Source: Candidatus Komeilibacteria bacterium (lineage in GTDB: Bacteria > Patescibacteriota > Patescibacteriia > UBA1558 > UBA10009). Taken from it: 64,000 nt of DNA. The DNA lies in contig JAPLWM010000007.1 in NCBI GenBank assembly GCA_026396575.1, positions 11,546-75,545 of the forward strand. The letters run 5' to 3'. A program made the translations under genes and the position numbers. The notes below the pieces were generated by a model. The model did no database searches. It worked only from the letters and a program-made list of their open reading frames with translations, and had not been told where the DNA came from. The stretch's first letter is position 1; the number at the start of each line of letters is the position of its first letter. Of this stretch, positions 27,935-37,622 are shown piece by piece.

Positions 27935-28749
27935 AACTGCTTATTTTAGGCGCTGCCGGCATGCTAGGCCAGGCTCTGGTAAAAGAATTTGCCGCCGAAG
28001 ATATTATCGTGGGCGATTTGCCGGACTTTGATTTAACCAAACCCAAAGATTTGCAAAAGCAGATTTTTGCCATGGCGCCGGAAGTTATCATTAATGCCGC
28101 CGCTTTTACCGACGTGGACGGCTGTGAAACGGCTAAAAAAGTTTGTTTTTTAGTTAATGGCCAAGCAGTGGGGGATTTAGCTAAAATCGCTAAAAACATT
28201 GGCGCAACCTTGGTTCATTTCAGCACCGATTACGTTTTTAACGGCCAAGAGCCAAACGGCTATAAAGAAACCGATCAGCCCCAACCCCTTAATGTGTACG
28301 GCCAAAGCAAAGCCGAGGGCGAAAATTTGCTTCAACAGAATGCCGATAAGTTTTATTTAATCAGAACGGCTTGGCTGTTCGGGCACGGCGGCAAGAATTT
28401 TATTGACACGATTATTAATTTAAGCAACGAAAAAAAAGAGCTGCCCGTAGTTAACGACCAATTCGGTAATCCTACCTATACTAAAGATTTAGCTGCCGCC
28501 ATTAAAAATATTATTCTTGACAAAAAGCCGTTTGGCATTTACCATCAAACTAATCAGGGCAGCTGCAGCTGGTACGAATTGGCCCTTAAAATCAAGGAAA
28601 TCAATGGTTTGGAGATTAATTTTATTTCAACTTCTTCGGCAACGTTGCCGCATTCGGCGGTTCGGCCTAAATATTCCATTTTAATCAATAATAAGCTGCC
28701 GGCTCTTAGGCCTTGGGAAGAAGCTTTAGCCGATTATTTATCCAAATAA
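27931..28749 (+). CDS. rmlD: dTDP-4-dehydrorhamnose reductase.
   Basis: MKLLILGAAGMLGQAL Rossmann fold, and FSTDYVFNG with a YGQSK (YxxxK) motif. 272 aa. Confidence 0.7.
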   Translation: MKLLILGAAGMLGQALVKEFAAEDIIVGDLPDFDLTKPKDLQKQIFAMAPEVIINAAAFTDVDGCETAKKVCFLVNGQAVGDLAKIAKNIGATLVHFSTDYVFNGQEPNGYKETDQPQPLNVYGQSKAEGENLLQQNADKFYLIRTAWLFGHGGKNFIDTIINLSNEKKELPVVNDQFGNPTYTKDLAAAIKNIILDKKPFGIYHQTNQGSCSWYELALKIKEINGLEINFISTSSATLPHSAVRPKYSILINNKLPALRPWEEALADYLSK

Positions 28750-28753
28750 TTAA

Positions 28754-29107
28754 ATGTCTAAAGAAACTTTACCGCAATTACCCACTAACGAGAATTTAGT
28801 TTCCTTAAATAATATTTTCGAATTAAGACGGCTTTTTGCGGCAGCTAAAATTGAAGCTAAATTCAATCAAATGCCGGAAGATGCCGTTTGGGAAGAAATT
28901 ATTGAAGAAATGAGCGAACCGGATTTGTTAAAAGAAAGAAAACTGGGGCTGTTTACCCAAGCTATCGAAATTTTAGAGCGAAAAATTGAATGGTTCAGTT
29001 ATCCGCAAAACCGCGGAGCAATGACTCCCGATGAATTGGAAAAACTTAAAGCGACTTTGGAAAAACTTAAAGCGACTTTGGAAAAAATCAAATCCAATAA
29101 TTTATGA
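28754..29107 (+). CDS. Hypothetical small coiled-coil protein.
   Basis: 117 aa. The C-terminus contains the in-frame duplicated heptad-like EKLKATLEKLKATLEK, encoded by a 21-bp tandem duplication. Confidence 0.35.
   Translation: MSKETLPQLPTNENLVSLNNIFELRRLFAAAKIEAKFNQMPEDAVWEEIIEEMSEPDLLKERKLGLFTQAIEILERKIEWFSYPQNRGAMTPDELEKLKATLEKLKATLEKIKSNNL
29040..29081 (+). repeat. Perfect 21-bp tandem duplication (2 copies) inside a coding sequence.
   Basis: aaaaacttaaagcgactttgg appears twice in tandem, in frame. Confidence 0.8.
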
Positions 29108-29829
29108 GAGGCATTATTCTTTCCGGCGGCTTGGGCACCAGATTGCGCCCCTGCACCACCGTAACCAGCAAGCAATTATTGCCGGTTTATAATCGGCCGA
29201 TGATTTACTATCCTTTGAATACCTTGATTTCCGCCGGCATCAAGGAAATTTTAATCATCGTGGCGCCGGAACATTCCGGCGATTACTTGAATTTATTGGG
29301 CAGCGGCCGGCAATTCGGCGTTAAATTGACCTACGAAATCCAGGATGAGCCCAGGGGTTTGCCCGAGGCCTTTATCATCGGCGAAAATTTTATTGACGAA
29401 GAGAATGTCGCTTTAATTTTAGGCGATAATATTTTTAGCGACGATTTTTCCAAGGAAATCAAGAATTTTAAGCAGGGCGCCAGGATTTTCGTTAAAAAAG
29501 TGCCCGATCCCGAACGTTCCGGCGTGGTCAAGTTCGATGAAAATTTTAAAGCGGAAAAAATCGTGGAAAAACCCAAAGAATGGCTAAGCGATTATGCCAT
29601 CTGCGGTTTGTATTTATATGATAAGCGGGTGGTGGAAATAACAAAAAAATTAAAACCCTCCGCTCGGGGAGAGCTGGAAATTGTGGATTTGCACAATTGG
29701 TATTTAGCTAAAAACGAACTGGAAGTTTCCTTGGTAAAAGGGGAATGGATTGATGCCGGAACTTTCGACAGTTTGCTTAAAGCCCAGAATTTAGCCAAGG
29801 AAAAATTACAGGATCAATTGATAATTTAA
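29104..29829 (+). CDS. rmlA: Glucose-1-phosphate thymidylyltransferase (short form).
   Basis: MRGIILSGGLGTRLRPCTTVTSKQLLPVYNRPMIYYPL, a canonical sugar-nucleotidyltransferase N-terminus (GGxGTRL...K). 241 aa. Confidence 0.75.
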   Translation: MRGIILSGGLGTRLRPCTTVTSKQLLPVYNRPMIYYPLNTLISAGIKEILIIVAPEHSGDYLNLLGSGRQFGVKLTYEIQDEPRGLPEAFIIGENFIDEENVALILGDNIFSDDFSKEIKNFKQGARIFVKKVPDPERSGVVKFDENFKAEKIVEKPKEWLSDYAICGLYLYDKRVVEITKKLKPSARGELEIVDLHNWYLAKNELEVSLVKGEWIDAGTFDSLLKAQNLAKEKLQDQLII

Positions 29830-29830
29830 T

Positions 29831-31171
29831 CTACTGCATTTCCATTTTATACAGGCCTGGCTGATTGTTGAAGTTGGCGATTAAATACAAATAATCGCCT
29901 TTTTTGTTGGTGGCTAAGAAGTTTTCGCTGCCCGGAGCCAGGGTGGTAATTTCATAAACATTGCGCTGATCGCGGCTATCCAGCTCGTATAACTTTAATT
30001 TATCGCCGATCACCGCGTAAACATAAGCCGCATTGGGATGCCAGAGGGCGTTGCTGATTTTTTCACCTGAGCGCTCCAATAAGATGCTTTGGTTGTCGGC
30101 CGGATAAAAAACCACCAATTCGGCGCTGTTCCAATAAATCAGCTGGGCATCGTGCCATTTAAAGCCGGCCACGTTTTTCAGCTCGGTTTTAACGGGTTGA
30201 TCGGTGTTGGCCGGCTCCAGCAGGTAAAGTTGGCCGAATTCCTCGTTAAAAAGAATAAAGTGATCCTTATCGGCCGAAGCTAACCGGTAATCAGCCGAAG
30301 CCGGCAAACTGAAAATAATCTGGCTGGCTTGATTATTATAGATTTTTAAATACTCCCGATCTTTAACCTTAACAATGGCCAGCATTTTATTTTTATAAGG
30401 AAAATAGGCGGAAACTTTTTCCGGAACGATTTGTTTGGATGTTTCTTCCAAGAGGTTAACTTGCAGCAGCTGGCCGCTTTTAAGCCCGTAAATTAAATTA
30501 TCATTGACTTCGTCCCACTTAATGTCGGTTAATTCCGTTTTGCTTACTTTATCAAGCGAAGAAAAAACTCCCGGCAGCTCGGCGTTAAAAACCAGGTAAT
30601 CCTTGCTTTGTTTAATCAGGATTTTTTTATTGTTGCTGGACCAGGCCATTAATTTTAAATTGTTTTGCGCCGGCGTTTGATAAAGCTGAATAAAATTATC
30701 GTTGTTGATGCTGTAAATCCACAGAATCGTGCCGTTGCTTGTTTGTTCCAGTAAGGCCAGCTCTTCGTTGTTCGTTGATTCCAAAAAATCGCTGAAATTT
30801 CCTTTGATTAAGGCGGTGGTTTTGGGTTCCCGGTAAATTAAAGAAACATCTTCAATAAAAGTGGTTAAATCGGGTTGAATCAATAAATTTTTTTGCCAGG
30901 GACGGTAGCCCTCTTTAGTTATTTTAAGCTGATAGCTGCCCGGCAGCAGGCGGATAATTTGAGCGGGCGTGGTCTTTTTGTATTTTTGATTATTCAAATA
31001 AATTTCAGCGGAACGAGGGAATGATTTAATAAAAAAAACTCCGGTTTTTTCCAGGATGCGTTTAGCCGGATTAAATTTATAACCCAAAGCGTAAATAATC
31101 AACAGCGGGGAAGCTACTAAAAAAAACACCAAAAAAACCAAGAAAAGAATGCGCCGGAACTTAAGTTGCAT
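29831..31171 (-). CDS. PEGA-domain protein with an N-terminal TM anchor and a C-terminal beta-propeller-like (TolB-like) region.
   Basis: The PEGA-like segment reads SAEIYLNNQKYKKTTPAQIIRLLPGSYQLKITKEGYRPW. The C-terminal region has recurring hydrophobic-strand / Asp-Gly turns typical of propeller blades. Confidence 0.55.
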   Translation of the reverse strand: MQLKFRRILFLVFLVFFLVASPLLIIYALGYKFNPAKRILEKTGVFFIKSFPRSAEIYLNNQKYKKTTPAQIIRLLPGSYQLKITKEGYRPWQKNLLIQPDLTTFIEDVSLIYREPKTTALIKGNFSDFLESTNNEELALLEQTSNGTILWIYSINNDNFIQLYQTPAQNNLKLMAWSSNNKKILIKQSKDYLVFNAELPGVFSSLDKVSKTELTDIKWDEVNDNLIYGLKSGQLLQVNLLEETSKQIVPEKVSAYFPYKNKMLAIVKVKDREYLKIYNNQASQIIFSLPASADYRLASADKDHFILFNEEFGQLYLLEPANTDQPVKTELKNVAGFKWHDAQLIYWNSAELVVFYPADNQSILLERSGEKISNALWHPNAAYVYAVIGDKLKLYELDSRDQRNVYEITTLAPGSENFLATNKKGDYLYLIANFNNQPGLYKMEMQ

Positions 31172-31237
31172 AGGAGTTGTCTTTTTGCTTAAAAAGTATT
31201 AAAATAGTTAGTGTTATTGGCTACTAAACAATATACT

Positions 31238-32548
31238 ATGTCTCATTATATAATTCAAGGCGGCTCCAAGTTAAAAGGCGCGGTCACTGTTAATTCAACT
31301 AAAAACTCCACCGTGGCGCTGCTTTGCGCCTCTTTATTGAATTCCGGCACCACCGAATTGCTTAATTTTCCCAGTTTGGAGGAAACCAAAAGGATTATGG
31401 AGGTGCTCTCCAGCATCGGCGTTAAGTTTTCATGGAAAGACAAGCGCCATTTGATAATTAAACCTCCGGCCAAAGTTAATCTGGCCGCGATTAATTATCA
31501 ATCAGCCGTTAAAACCCGCTCGGTTTTAATGCTCTTCGGGCCGTTAATCCATCAGTTTAATTCTTTCAAGCTGCCTAAATCCGGCGGCTGCAAGCTGGGG
31601 CTAAGAACCATTACCCCGTATATTTACGCTTTTGAAAATTTCGGCATAACCATTAAATCGCTGGCCAAATATTACCAGGTTAAAAGGATTGCTCGGGCCA
31701 AAGTCAATCGGGAAATTATCATGTATGAATCCGGCGATACGGCTACGGAATGCGTTTTAATGGCCGCCGCCTTAACGCCCAAGGAAATTACCGTCAAATA
31801 CGCCTCGGCCAACTATCAGGTTCAGGAATTATGCTTTTATCTGCAGCTGTTGGGCGTTAAAATTAAAGGCATCGGCACTACCACCCTAACCGTTAAGGGC
31901 GTTAAATCCATCAACCGGCACGTTAAATACCATTTAGCCGAAGATCCCATTGAAGCAATGTTATATTTGTCTTTGGCCGCCACTACCAATTCCGGCATTA
32001 CCATTAAGGGTTGTCCCATAGATTTTTTGGAGTTAGAGCTCTTAAAGTTGGAAAAAATGGGCTTTAAATACACTATTTTAAGAAAATACTTGTCTAAAAA
32101 CGGCCAAACAAAACTGGTAGATATAAAAACCCGGCCCTCCAAGCTTACGGCTTTAAGGGAAAAGCTTTACGGCCGGCCGTATCCGGGAATTAATATTGAT
32201 AATTTGCCGTTTTTTGTGCCCATTGCCACCCAAGCCCTGGGCCGGACTTTAATCCATGACTGGGTTTATGAAAATCGGGCCATTTATTTTAATGAATTAA
32301 GCCGCTTGGGCGCCAGCCTTACCTTGGCCGACCCGCATCGCGTTTATATCGACGGCCCCACTAAATTGGTCGGCAACGAGATTGTTTGTCCGCCGTCGCT
32401 TAGGCCGTCGGTAATTATCGTGATTGCCATGCTGGCGGCGACCGGCCGTTCGGTTTTGCGCAATACTTACAATATCGATCGGGGCTATGAAAATTTACAC
32501 GAAAGCTTAAAAAAATTAGGCGCTAAAATTGAGCGCTTGGAAGATTAA
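31238..32548 (+). CDS. murA: UDP-N-acetylglucosamine 1-carboxyvinyltransferase.
   Basis: IQGGSKLKGAVTVNSTKNSTVALLCASLL matches the MurA N-terminal block. About 436 aa. Start is the ATG at 31238. Confidence 0.8.
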   Translation: MSHYIIQGGSKLKGAVTVNSTKNSTVALLCASLLNSGTTELLNFPSLEETKRIMEVLSSIGVKFSWKDKRHLIIKPPAKVNLAAINYQSAVKTRSVLMLFGPLIHQFNSFKLPKSGGCKLGLRTITPYIYAFENFGITIKSLAKYYQVKRIARAKVNREIIMYESGDTATECVLMAAALTPKEITVKYASANYQVQELCFYLQLLGVKIKGIGTTTLTVKGVKSINRHVKYHLAEDPIEAMLYLSLAATTNSGITIKGCPIDFLELELLKLEKMGFKYTILRKYLSKNGQTKLVDIKTRPSKLTALREKLYGRPYPGINIDNLPFFVPIATQALGRTLIHDWVYENRAIYFNELSRLGASLTLADPHRVYIDGPTKLVGNEIVCPPSLRPSVIIVIAMLAATGRSVLRNTYNIDRGYENLHESLKKLGAKIERLED

Positions 32549-32574
32549 AAATTTATCATTAAGCATTTTTTAAA

Positions 32575-33852
32575 ATGGAAGAATTAATCAATCAGCCGGC
32601 TCTACCGAATTTGCCGGCTAAAACAAAAAACAAATATTTAATCGGCGTGTTGGTGCTGGTTTTAATGATCATCAGTTTTGGCATCGGCACCATCGTCGGC
32701 ATAAACAAGCATTTGGCTTCAAGTAGCAGCGGCCCGGACGCAACCAAGGTTGGCAAAGTTTTAAATACCGACAGTCTGCCGGATTATTTGGCCAAGGACG
32801 TTAATTTTAAAAATTTTTGGCAGGTTTGGGATATTATCAAAGGCAAATTTATCGATCGGGATAAAATTACCGATGCCCAGCTGTTCTATGGAGCTTTAAA
32901 AGGTTCGGTCGCGGCTTTAAAAGACCCTTATTCGGTGTTTTTCAATCCCGAGGGTTCCAAAGAGTTTAACGATGAATTGGCCGGTAAATTTGAAGGCATT
33001 GGCGCGGAAATCGGCATTAGAAACGAGCATTTAACCATTATCGCCCCTTTGCCCGATTCGCCGGCCGCCAAAGCGGGTTTATTGCCCCTGGATCAGATTT
33101 TAACCATTAACGGGGCAGACACCGCCAATATCGCTTTAGACGAAGCGGTCAAGCAAATTAGAGGCCCCAAAGGCACTACCGTAACCTTAACCATCGGCCG
33201 CGAAGGCGTAAAAGAGCCGAAAACTTTTACCATTACTCGCGATACCATAAAAATTGAAAGCGTGGTTTACGAAAATAAAAACGGCATCGCCGTAATTAAG
33301 CTGACTAATTTTAATGCCGATACCGACGGCGCTTTTGCCGCCACGGTTAATCAAATTGTTAAAACTTCGCCCAATGGCATAATTTTGGATTTAAGGAACG
33401 ATCCGGGCGGCTTTTTGGATACGGCCGTAGTGATCGGCGGTTATTGGATTAATAAAGGCCAAACGGTGGTCAAGGAAGAATTCAACGATCCGGCGCTTAA
33501 TCAGGAATACCGCTCCGCCGGCTCCGCTCAATTGAAAAATTACAAAACCGTGGTTTTGGTTAACGGCGGCAGCGCTTCGGCTTCGGAAATCGTGGCCGGC
33601 GCTTTGCAGGATTATAAGCTGGCGCAATTGGTCGGCAGCAAAACTTTCGGCAAAGGCTCGGTTCAGGAATTGGAAAAATTAAGCGACGGCTCTTCGGTTA
33701 AAATTACCGTGGCCCGCTGGCTGACGCCGCTGGGGCGGACGATTGAAAAAAACGGCATTACGCCGGATGTTTTGGTTGATTTAAAAGAAGAGGATATCAA
33801 TAATAAAAAAGATCCGCAAATGGCCAAGGCCCTGGAGTTGTTGCAACAATAA
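32575..33852 (+). CDS. ctpA: Carboxy-terminal processing protease (peptidase S41) with a PDZ domain.
   Basis: TM anchor, PDZ segment (GDQILTINGADT), and the catalytic Ser block LVNGGSASASEIVAGALQD plus a downstream Lys. Confidence 0.8.
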   Translation: MEELINQPALPNLPAKTKNKYLIGVLVLVLMIISFGIGTIVGINKHLASSSSGPDATKVGKVLNTDSLPDYLAKDVNFKNFWQVWDIIKGKFIDRDKITDAQLFYGALKGSVAALKDPYSVFFNPEGSKEFNDELAGKFEGIGAEIGIRNEHLTIIAPLPDSPAAKAGLLPLDQILTINGADTANIALDEAVKQIRGPKGTTVTLTIGREGVKEPKTFTITRDTIKIESVVYENKNGIAVIKLTNFNADTDGAFAATVNQIVKTSPNGIILDLRNDPGGFLDTAVVIGGYWINKGQTVVKEEFNDPALNQEYRSAGSAQLKNYKTVVLVNGGSASASEIVAGALQDYKLAQLVGSKTFGKGSVQELEKLSDGSSVKITVARWLTPLGRTIEKNGITPDVLVDLKEEDINNKKDPQMAKALELLQQ

Positions 33853-33854
33853 AT

Positions 33855-34313
33855 ATGCAGGTGATTCTCTTAAAAGATCTTCCGCCAGTCGGCAGAAAAG
33901 GCGAAATAAAAAACGTGGCCGACGGTTATGCCCTTAATTTTTTGTTGCCTAAAAAATTGGCCGTCAGCGCCACGGCGGAAGCCATCGACAAATTGCAATT
34001 CAATAAAACCCATCAGGAACAAAAACAGCTGCTGTTTTTGGATAAAACAAGTTCGGCTTTACAAAAACTTAATAATAAAAGATTGGTTTTTAAAGCCAAA
34101 GCCTCGGACAAGGGCACTTTATTTAAAGCCATTGCCGCCGCCGACATAATAAAAGCCGTCGCCAAAGAATATCATTTTGTTTTAGAAGAAGCTTGGCTGG
34201 TTTTAGCCAAGCCTTTAAAGGAATTGGGCCAGCACCCGGTCACGGTTAAGTTCCAAAACGAATCCGTTGTATTAATTATTGATATTTTAAAACAAGATGA
34301 GCAAAAAAAATAA
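33855..34313 (+). CDS. rplI: 50S ribosomal protein L9.
   Basis: MQVILLKDLPPVGRKGEIKNVADGYALNFLLPKKLA is the classic L9 N-domain. Confidence 0.85.
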   Translation: MQVILLKDLPPVGRKGEIKNVADGYALNFLLPKKLAVSATAEAIDKLQFNKTHQEQKQLLFLDKTSSALQKLNNKRLVFKAKASDKGTLFKAIAAADIIKAVAKEYHFVLEEAWLVLAKPLKELGQHPVTVKFQNESVVLIIDILKQDEQKK

Positions 34314-35922
34314 AACCAAGTTTATTTTCGTGACCGGCGGCGTTTGCTCCGGCCTGGGCAAAGGCACTTCTTCGGCGGCCATCGGCGCTCTGTTAAAGGC
34401 CTCGGGTTATTCGGTGTTTACCTTAAAGCTCGATCCTTATTTAAATGTTGATCCCGGCACTATGAGCCCGTACCAGCACGGCGAGGTTTTCGTTACCGAC
34501 GACGGCACCGAAGCGGATTTGGATCTGGGGCATTATGAACGGTTTATCGACGTTAATTTATCCAAACTCTCCAATCTCACTACCGGCCGAGTTTATCAGA
34601 GTGTTTTAAACCGGGAAAGAGTGGGTGATTTCTTGGGCAAAACCATCCAGATCGTGCCGCATATTACCGATGCCATCAAGGATTATATTTTAAAAGTCGC
34701 GAATATCACTAAAGCCGATTTTTTAATGATTGAAATCGGCGGCACGGTGGGCGACATTGAAGGCGAACCCTATTTGGAAGCGGCCAGGCAGCTGCATAAT
34801 GAAATGGGCAACGCAGGCGTAATGTTCATCCATGTAACCTTGGTGCCGTTTATTGCCGCTTCCGGCGAACTTAAAACCAAACCCACTCAGACGTCCGTGA
34901 GGGAATTGCAGCATCGGGGCATTAATCCCGACATCATTATCGCCCGCAACGACTATCAGCTTTCGGCCGGGGAAATAGGAAAAATCAGCTTGTTCTGCAA
35001 TGTTAAAAAGGAAGCGGTCATCGACGGCCAAACTGTTAAGAGCATTTATGAGATTCCTTTAATGTATGAGTATAACAATCACATTACCAGGCAAATCGCC
35101 GAACATTTTAAATTGAATTACCGCCAGCCGAAATTAAAAGATTGGGATGCCTTGCTGAAAAAAATCAAAGACAGCAAAAAAACCCTGAAGATCGGCTTGG
35201 TGGGCAAGTATACCGAAAATAACGACGCTTATTTGAGCGTGACCGAGGCCTTAAAATCCGCTTGTTATCATCAAAACGCCAAGCTTAATCTGGAATGGAT
35301 CGACGCGGCCAAACTGGAAAAGCACGATCAAAAAGAAGCGGCTAAAATGAAACAGATGGACGGTTTGCTGATTCCCGGCGGCTTCGGCAAAAGGGGAGCG
35401 GAGGGCAAAATTATGGCGGCCAAATATGCCCGGGAAAACAAGGTGCCGTATTTCGGCTTATGCCTGGGCGCCCAGATTATGACCATTGAGTTTGCCCGCA
35501 ATGTTATGGGCATAGCCGGTGCCGACAGCGAAGAATTCAATCCAAAAGCCAAAGATTTGGTAGTTCACTTTTTACCCGGCCAATCCGAGCATCGGGCCAA
35601 AGGCGGGACTTTGCGTTTGGGCAGCTATCCCTGTATTTTAAAAAAGGGCACTTTGGCTTACCAGGCTTATAAAATCAACCGGATTGACGAAAGGCACCGG
35701 CACCGCTATGAATTCAATAATAAATACCGGGCGATGTTTGAAAAAGCCGGTTTGGTTATTTCCGGCGATTCGCCCAAACACGATTTAATGGAAATTGTGG
35801 AAATTAAGGGCCATCCATTTATGCTGGGCACGCAATTCCATCCGGAATTCAAATCCCGCCCGCTGCGGCCGCATCCTTTATTCAGGGAATTCATTAAAAC
35901 TTGTTTGAATAAAAAGAAATAA
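34297..35922 (+). CDS. pyrG: CTP synthase.
   Basis: KFIFVTGGVCSGLGKG (P-loop-like synthase N-terminus) and a C-terminal glutamine amidotransferase GLCLG...H..E triad. Confidence 0.9.
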   Translation: MSKKNKTKFIFVTGGVCSGLGKGTSSAAIGALLKASGYSVFTLKLDPYLNVDPGTMSPYQHGEVFVTDDGTEADLDLGHYERFIDVNLSKLSNLTTGRVYQSVLNRERVGDFLGKTIQIVPHITDAIKDYILKVANITKADFLMIEIGGTVGDIEGEPYLEAARQLHNEMGNAGVMFIHVTLVPFIAASGELKTKPTQTSVRELQHRGINPDIIIARNDYQLSAGEIGKISLFCNVKKEAVIDGQTVKSIYEIPLMYEYNNHITRQIAEHFKLNYRQPKLKDWDALLKKIKDSKKTLKIGLVGKYTENNDAYLSVTEALKSACYHQNAKLNLEWIDAAKLEKHDQKEAAKMKQMDGLLIPGGFGKRGAEGKIMAAKYARENKVPYFGLCLGAQIMTIEFARNVMGIAGADSEEFNPKAKDLVVHFLPGQSEHRAKGGTLRLGSYPCILKKGTLAYQAYKINRIDERHRHRYEFNNKYRAMFEKAGLVISGDSPKHDLMEIVEIKGHPFMLGTQFHPEFKSRPLRPHPLFREFIKTCLNKKK

Positions 35923-35951
35923 AAAAATCGCTAATTTATTTTAGCGGTTCA

Positions 35952-36025
35952 TGGCTCGGGGATAGGGAATCGAACCCCAATTGACGGGACCAAAACCCGC
36001 TGTCCTACCATTAGACGATCCCCGA
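35952..36025 (-). tRNA. tRNA-Gln (anticodon UUG), CCA encoded.
   Basis: The reverse complement folds as a 74-nt cloverleaf: acceptor TCGGGGA/TCCCCGA with the U1-A72 pair typical of bacterial tRNA-Gln, D-arm GTCT-AATGGTA-GGAC, anticodon arm GCGGG-TTTTGGT-CCCGT (34-36 = TTG), T-arm TGGGG-TTCGATT-CCCTA, discriminator G, then CCA. Confidence 0.7.
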
Positions 36026-36102
36026 ATAATTATTCGGTATTATACCTTGTTTTTAATAAAAGTCAATAAAGAAAATAAAGTCCCATAATAAAGATTATCA
36101 GT

Positions 36103-36783
36103 TTATTTGGAAACAATCAGCGCCATTTTTCTGTTTAGGTCCATTTGTTTGGTGGCGTTAACCCAATCGGCGGAGGCTTTTTTTAAAATAGCGAAAGCAT
36201 ATTCGTTGCCGTTGCCGCTGTCGGTGCCCGGGTCGTTAACGATAAAAGTGTCGCCCCTATAACCCTTAATTACGATCATATGGTAAGTGGGGCCGTTGTT
36301 AAGGTATTGCGGGCTGCCCAAAAGCTTGGCGTTGATCGGCAGTAAAATCGGGTGTTTATTATTTAACTCCATTTTTAAATCCGTTTCGGTAAAGTTTTGA
36401 ATCTGCGTGATTTTTAAGCCCAGAGCGCCCATGGCCATTTTACCGGTGGCTTCGGCTCCGGTGTTGGCGTTATAGCCCAAATTGGTCTGTTCCCACTTTT
36501 TTAAATTATTGATGGTTTCCTGGGCGATGCCGGTCGGCACTTTATCTTCAACAATACCGCTTAAAAAAGCATTGGCCATAACCAGGCTGGTTTCTTCGCA
36601 ATCCTCGTTCCGGCTCCAGTTATCGGTGGGGGCCTGGGTGGTAAAAGGCACCCGCAACATAACCGCGGCCGGCAGATTTTTTAAAATTACGATTTTAAAG
36701 GCAAAAATTCCCAGGCCGATCAACAATACCAGCGCCAGCCCGGTGTAGAGCAGATTTAATTTTGGCAATAACTTTTTTAGCAT
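36103..36783 (-). CDS. C39-like (Peptidase_C39_2 / YvpB-like) cysteine peptidase domain protein with an N-terminal TM anchor.
   Basis: The Cys block NEDCEETSLVMANAF and the C-terminal His block YHMIVIKGYRGDTFIVNDPG. It is a paralog of the adjacent gene. Confidence 0.5.
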   Translation of the reverse strand: MLKKLLPKLNLLYTGLALVLLIGLGIFAFKIVILKNLPAAVMLRVPFTTQAPTDNWSRNEDCEETSLVMANAFLSGIVEDKVPTGIAQETINNLKKWEQTNLGYNANTGAEATGKMAMGALGLKITQIQNFTETDLKMELNNKHPILLPINAKLLGSPQYLNNGPTYHMIVIKGYRGDTFIVNDPGTDSGNGNEYAFAILKKASADWVNATKQMDLNRKMALIVSK

Positions 36784-36804
36784 TTGGCAATTTCAGCGGT
36801 TTTT

Positions 36805-37578
36805 TTATTTGGAGACCACGATCATGACTTTTTTTGATTGATCGATGGTATTGGCAGTATGGTCCCAGTCCGCGCCGGCATTATGCAGGGTGGAAAAAGT
36901 GTAATAGTAGTTCTCGCCGCGCTTGGTGCCGGAATCGTCGGTAATCAAGCCGGTGGCGGTGTAGCCGCGGATTACCAGCATATGGTAAATCGGCCCGGGC
37001 TGTTTGTAGTTGGGGTTGCCGATCACCTGGCCGTTAACCGGCAGAATTACCACATGGTGCAAATTGATCTGGTCCTTAATATCCTGCTCGGCGTAACCGT
37101 TAATGGCCGTGGCCTTTAAACCGTAAAAGCCCATAATCATTTGGGCGGTTTCTTGGGCGGTGGTATCCAGGTGGTAGCCAAAGTTTTGGTCTTGCCAGGC
37201 GGTTAAACCGCTGATTTCCGTTTCCACTCTGGCAGCGGGAATAACTTCTTCTTTATCCCCAATAAGATAGGCATTGGCCATAATGGCGCTGGCTTCCTCG
37301 CAGGCCTCGTTATGCAACAGGTCCCAGTTGCCGGTAGGCGCCTGGGCCGTAAAGGGGATGGGCAGGTTTAACGAGCCCGGCTCTTTGGTTGTTGCCGGCA
37401 CGGTTCCGGGTTTGGCCGCTACCTTGCCGCTTTTGGTGGCAGGAATCGAGCCGTTAACTTGGTTGTTATAGTTTAAAGCGGGCGATTGTTTATCGTTAAT
37501 ATAAACCAAAACCGTGCCCGTAAAAACCGCCAGCGCAATCAGGAAAAAAATTATAAATTTTAATTTAGGCATAAGCAT
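36805..37578 (-). CDS. C39-like (Peptidase_C39_2 / YvpB-like) cysteine peptidase domain protein with an N-terminal TM anchor. Tandem paralog.
   Basis: NEACEEASAIMANAY and YHMLVIRGYTATGLITDDSG. Its domain order matches 36103..36783. Confidence 0.5.
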   Translation of the reverse strand: MLMPKLKFIIFFLIALAVFTGTVLVYINDKQSPALNYNNQVNGSIPATKSGKVAAKPGTVPATTKEPGSLNLPIPFTAQAPTGNWDLLHNEACEEASAIMANAYLIGDKEEVIPAARVETEISGLTAWQDQNFGYHLDTTAQETAQMIMGFYGLKATAINGYAEQDIKDQINLHHVVILPVNGQVIGNPNYKQPGPIYHMLVIRGYTATGLITDDSGTKRGENYYYTFSTLHNAGADWDHTANTIDQSKKVMIVVSK

Positions 37579-37622
37579 TTTATTAAATGGCCGCTGATTT
37601 ATTAAGTATATGACTTATTGCC

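Noticed and set aside
35923-35951. Small hairpin (tcgctaa...ttagcgg) after pyrG as a terminator.
   Set aside because: The stem is imperfect and short, and it abuts the 3' end of the convergent tRNA-Gln. It is plausible but not supportable from sequence alone.
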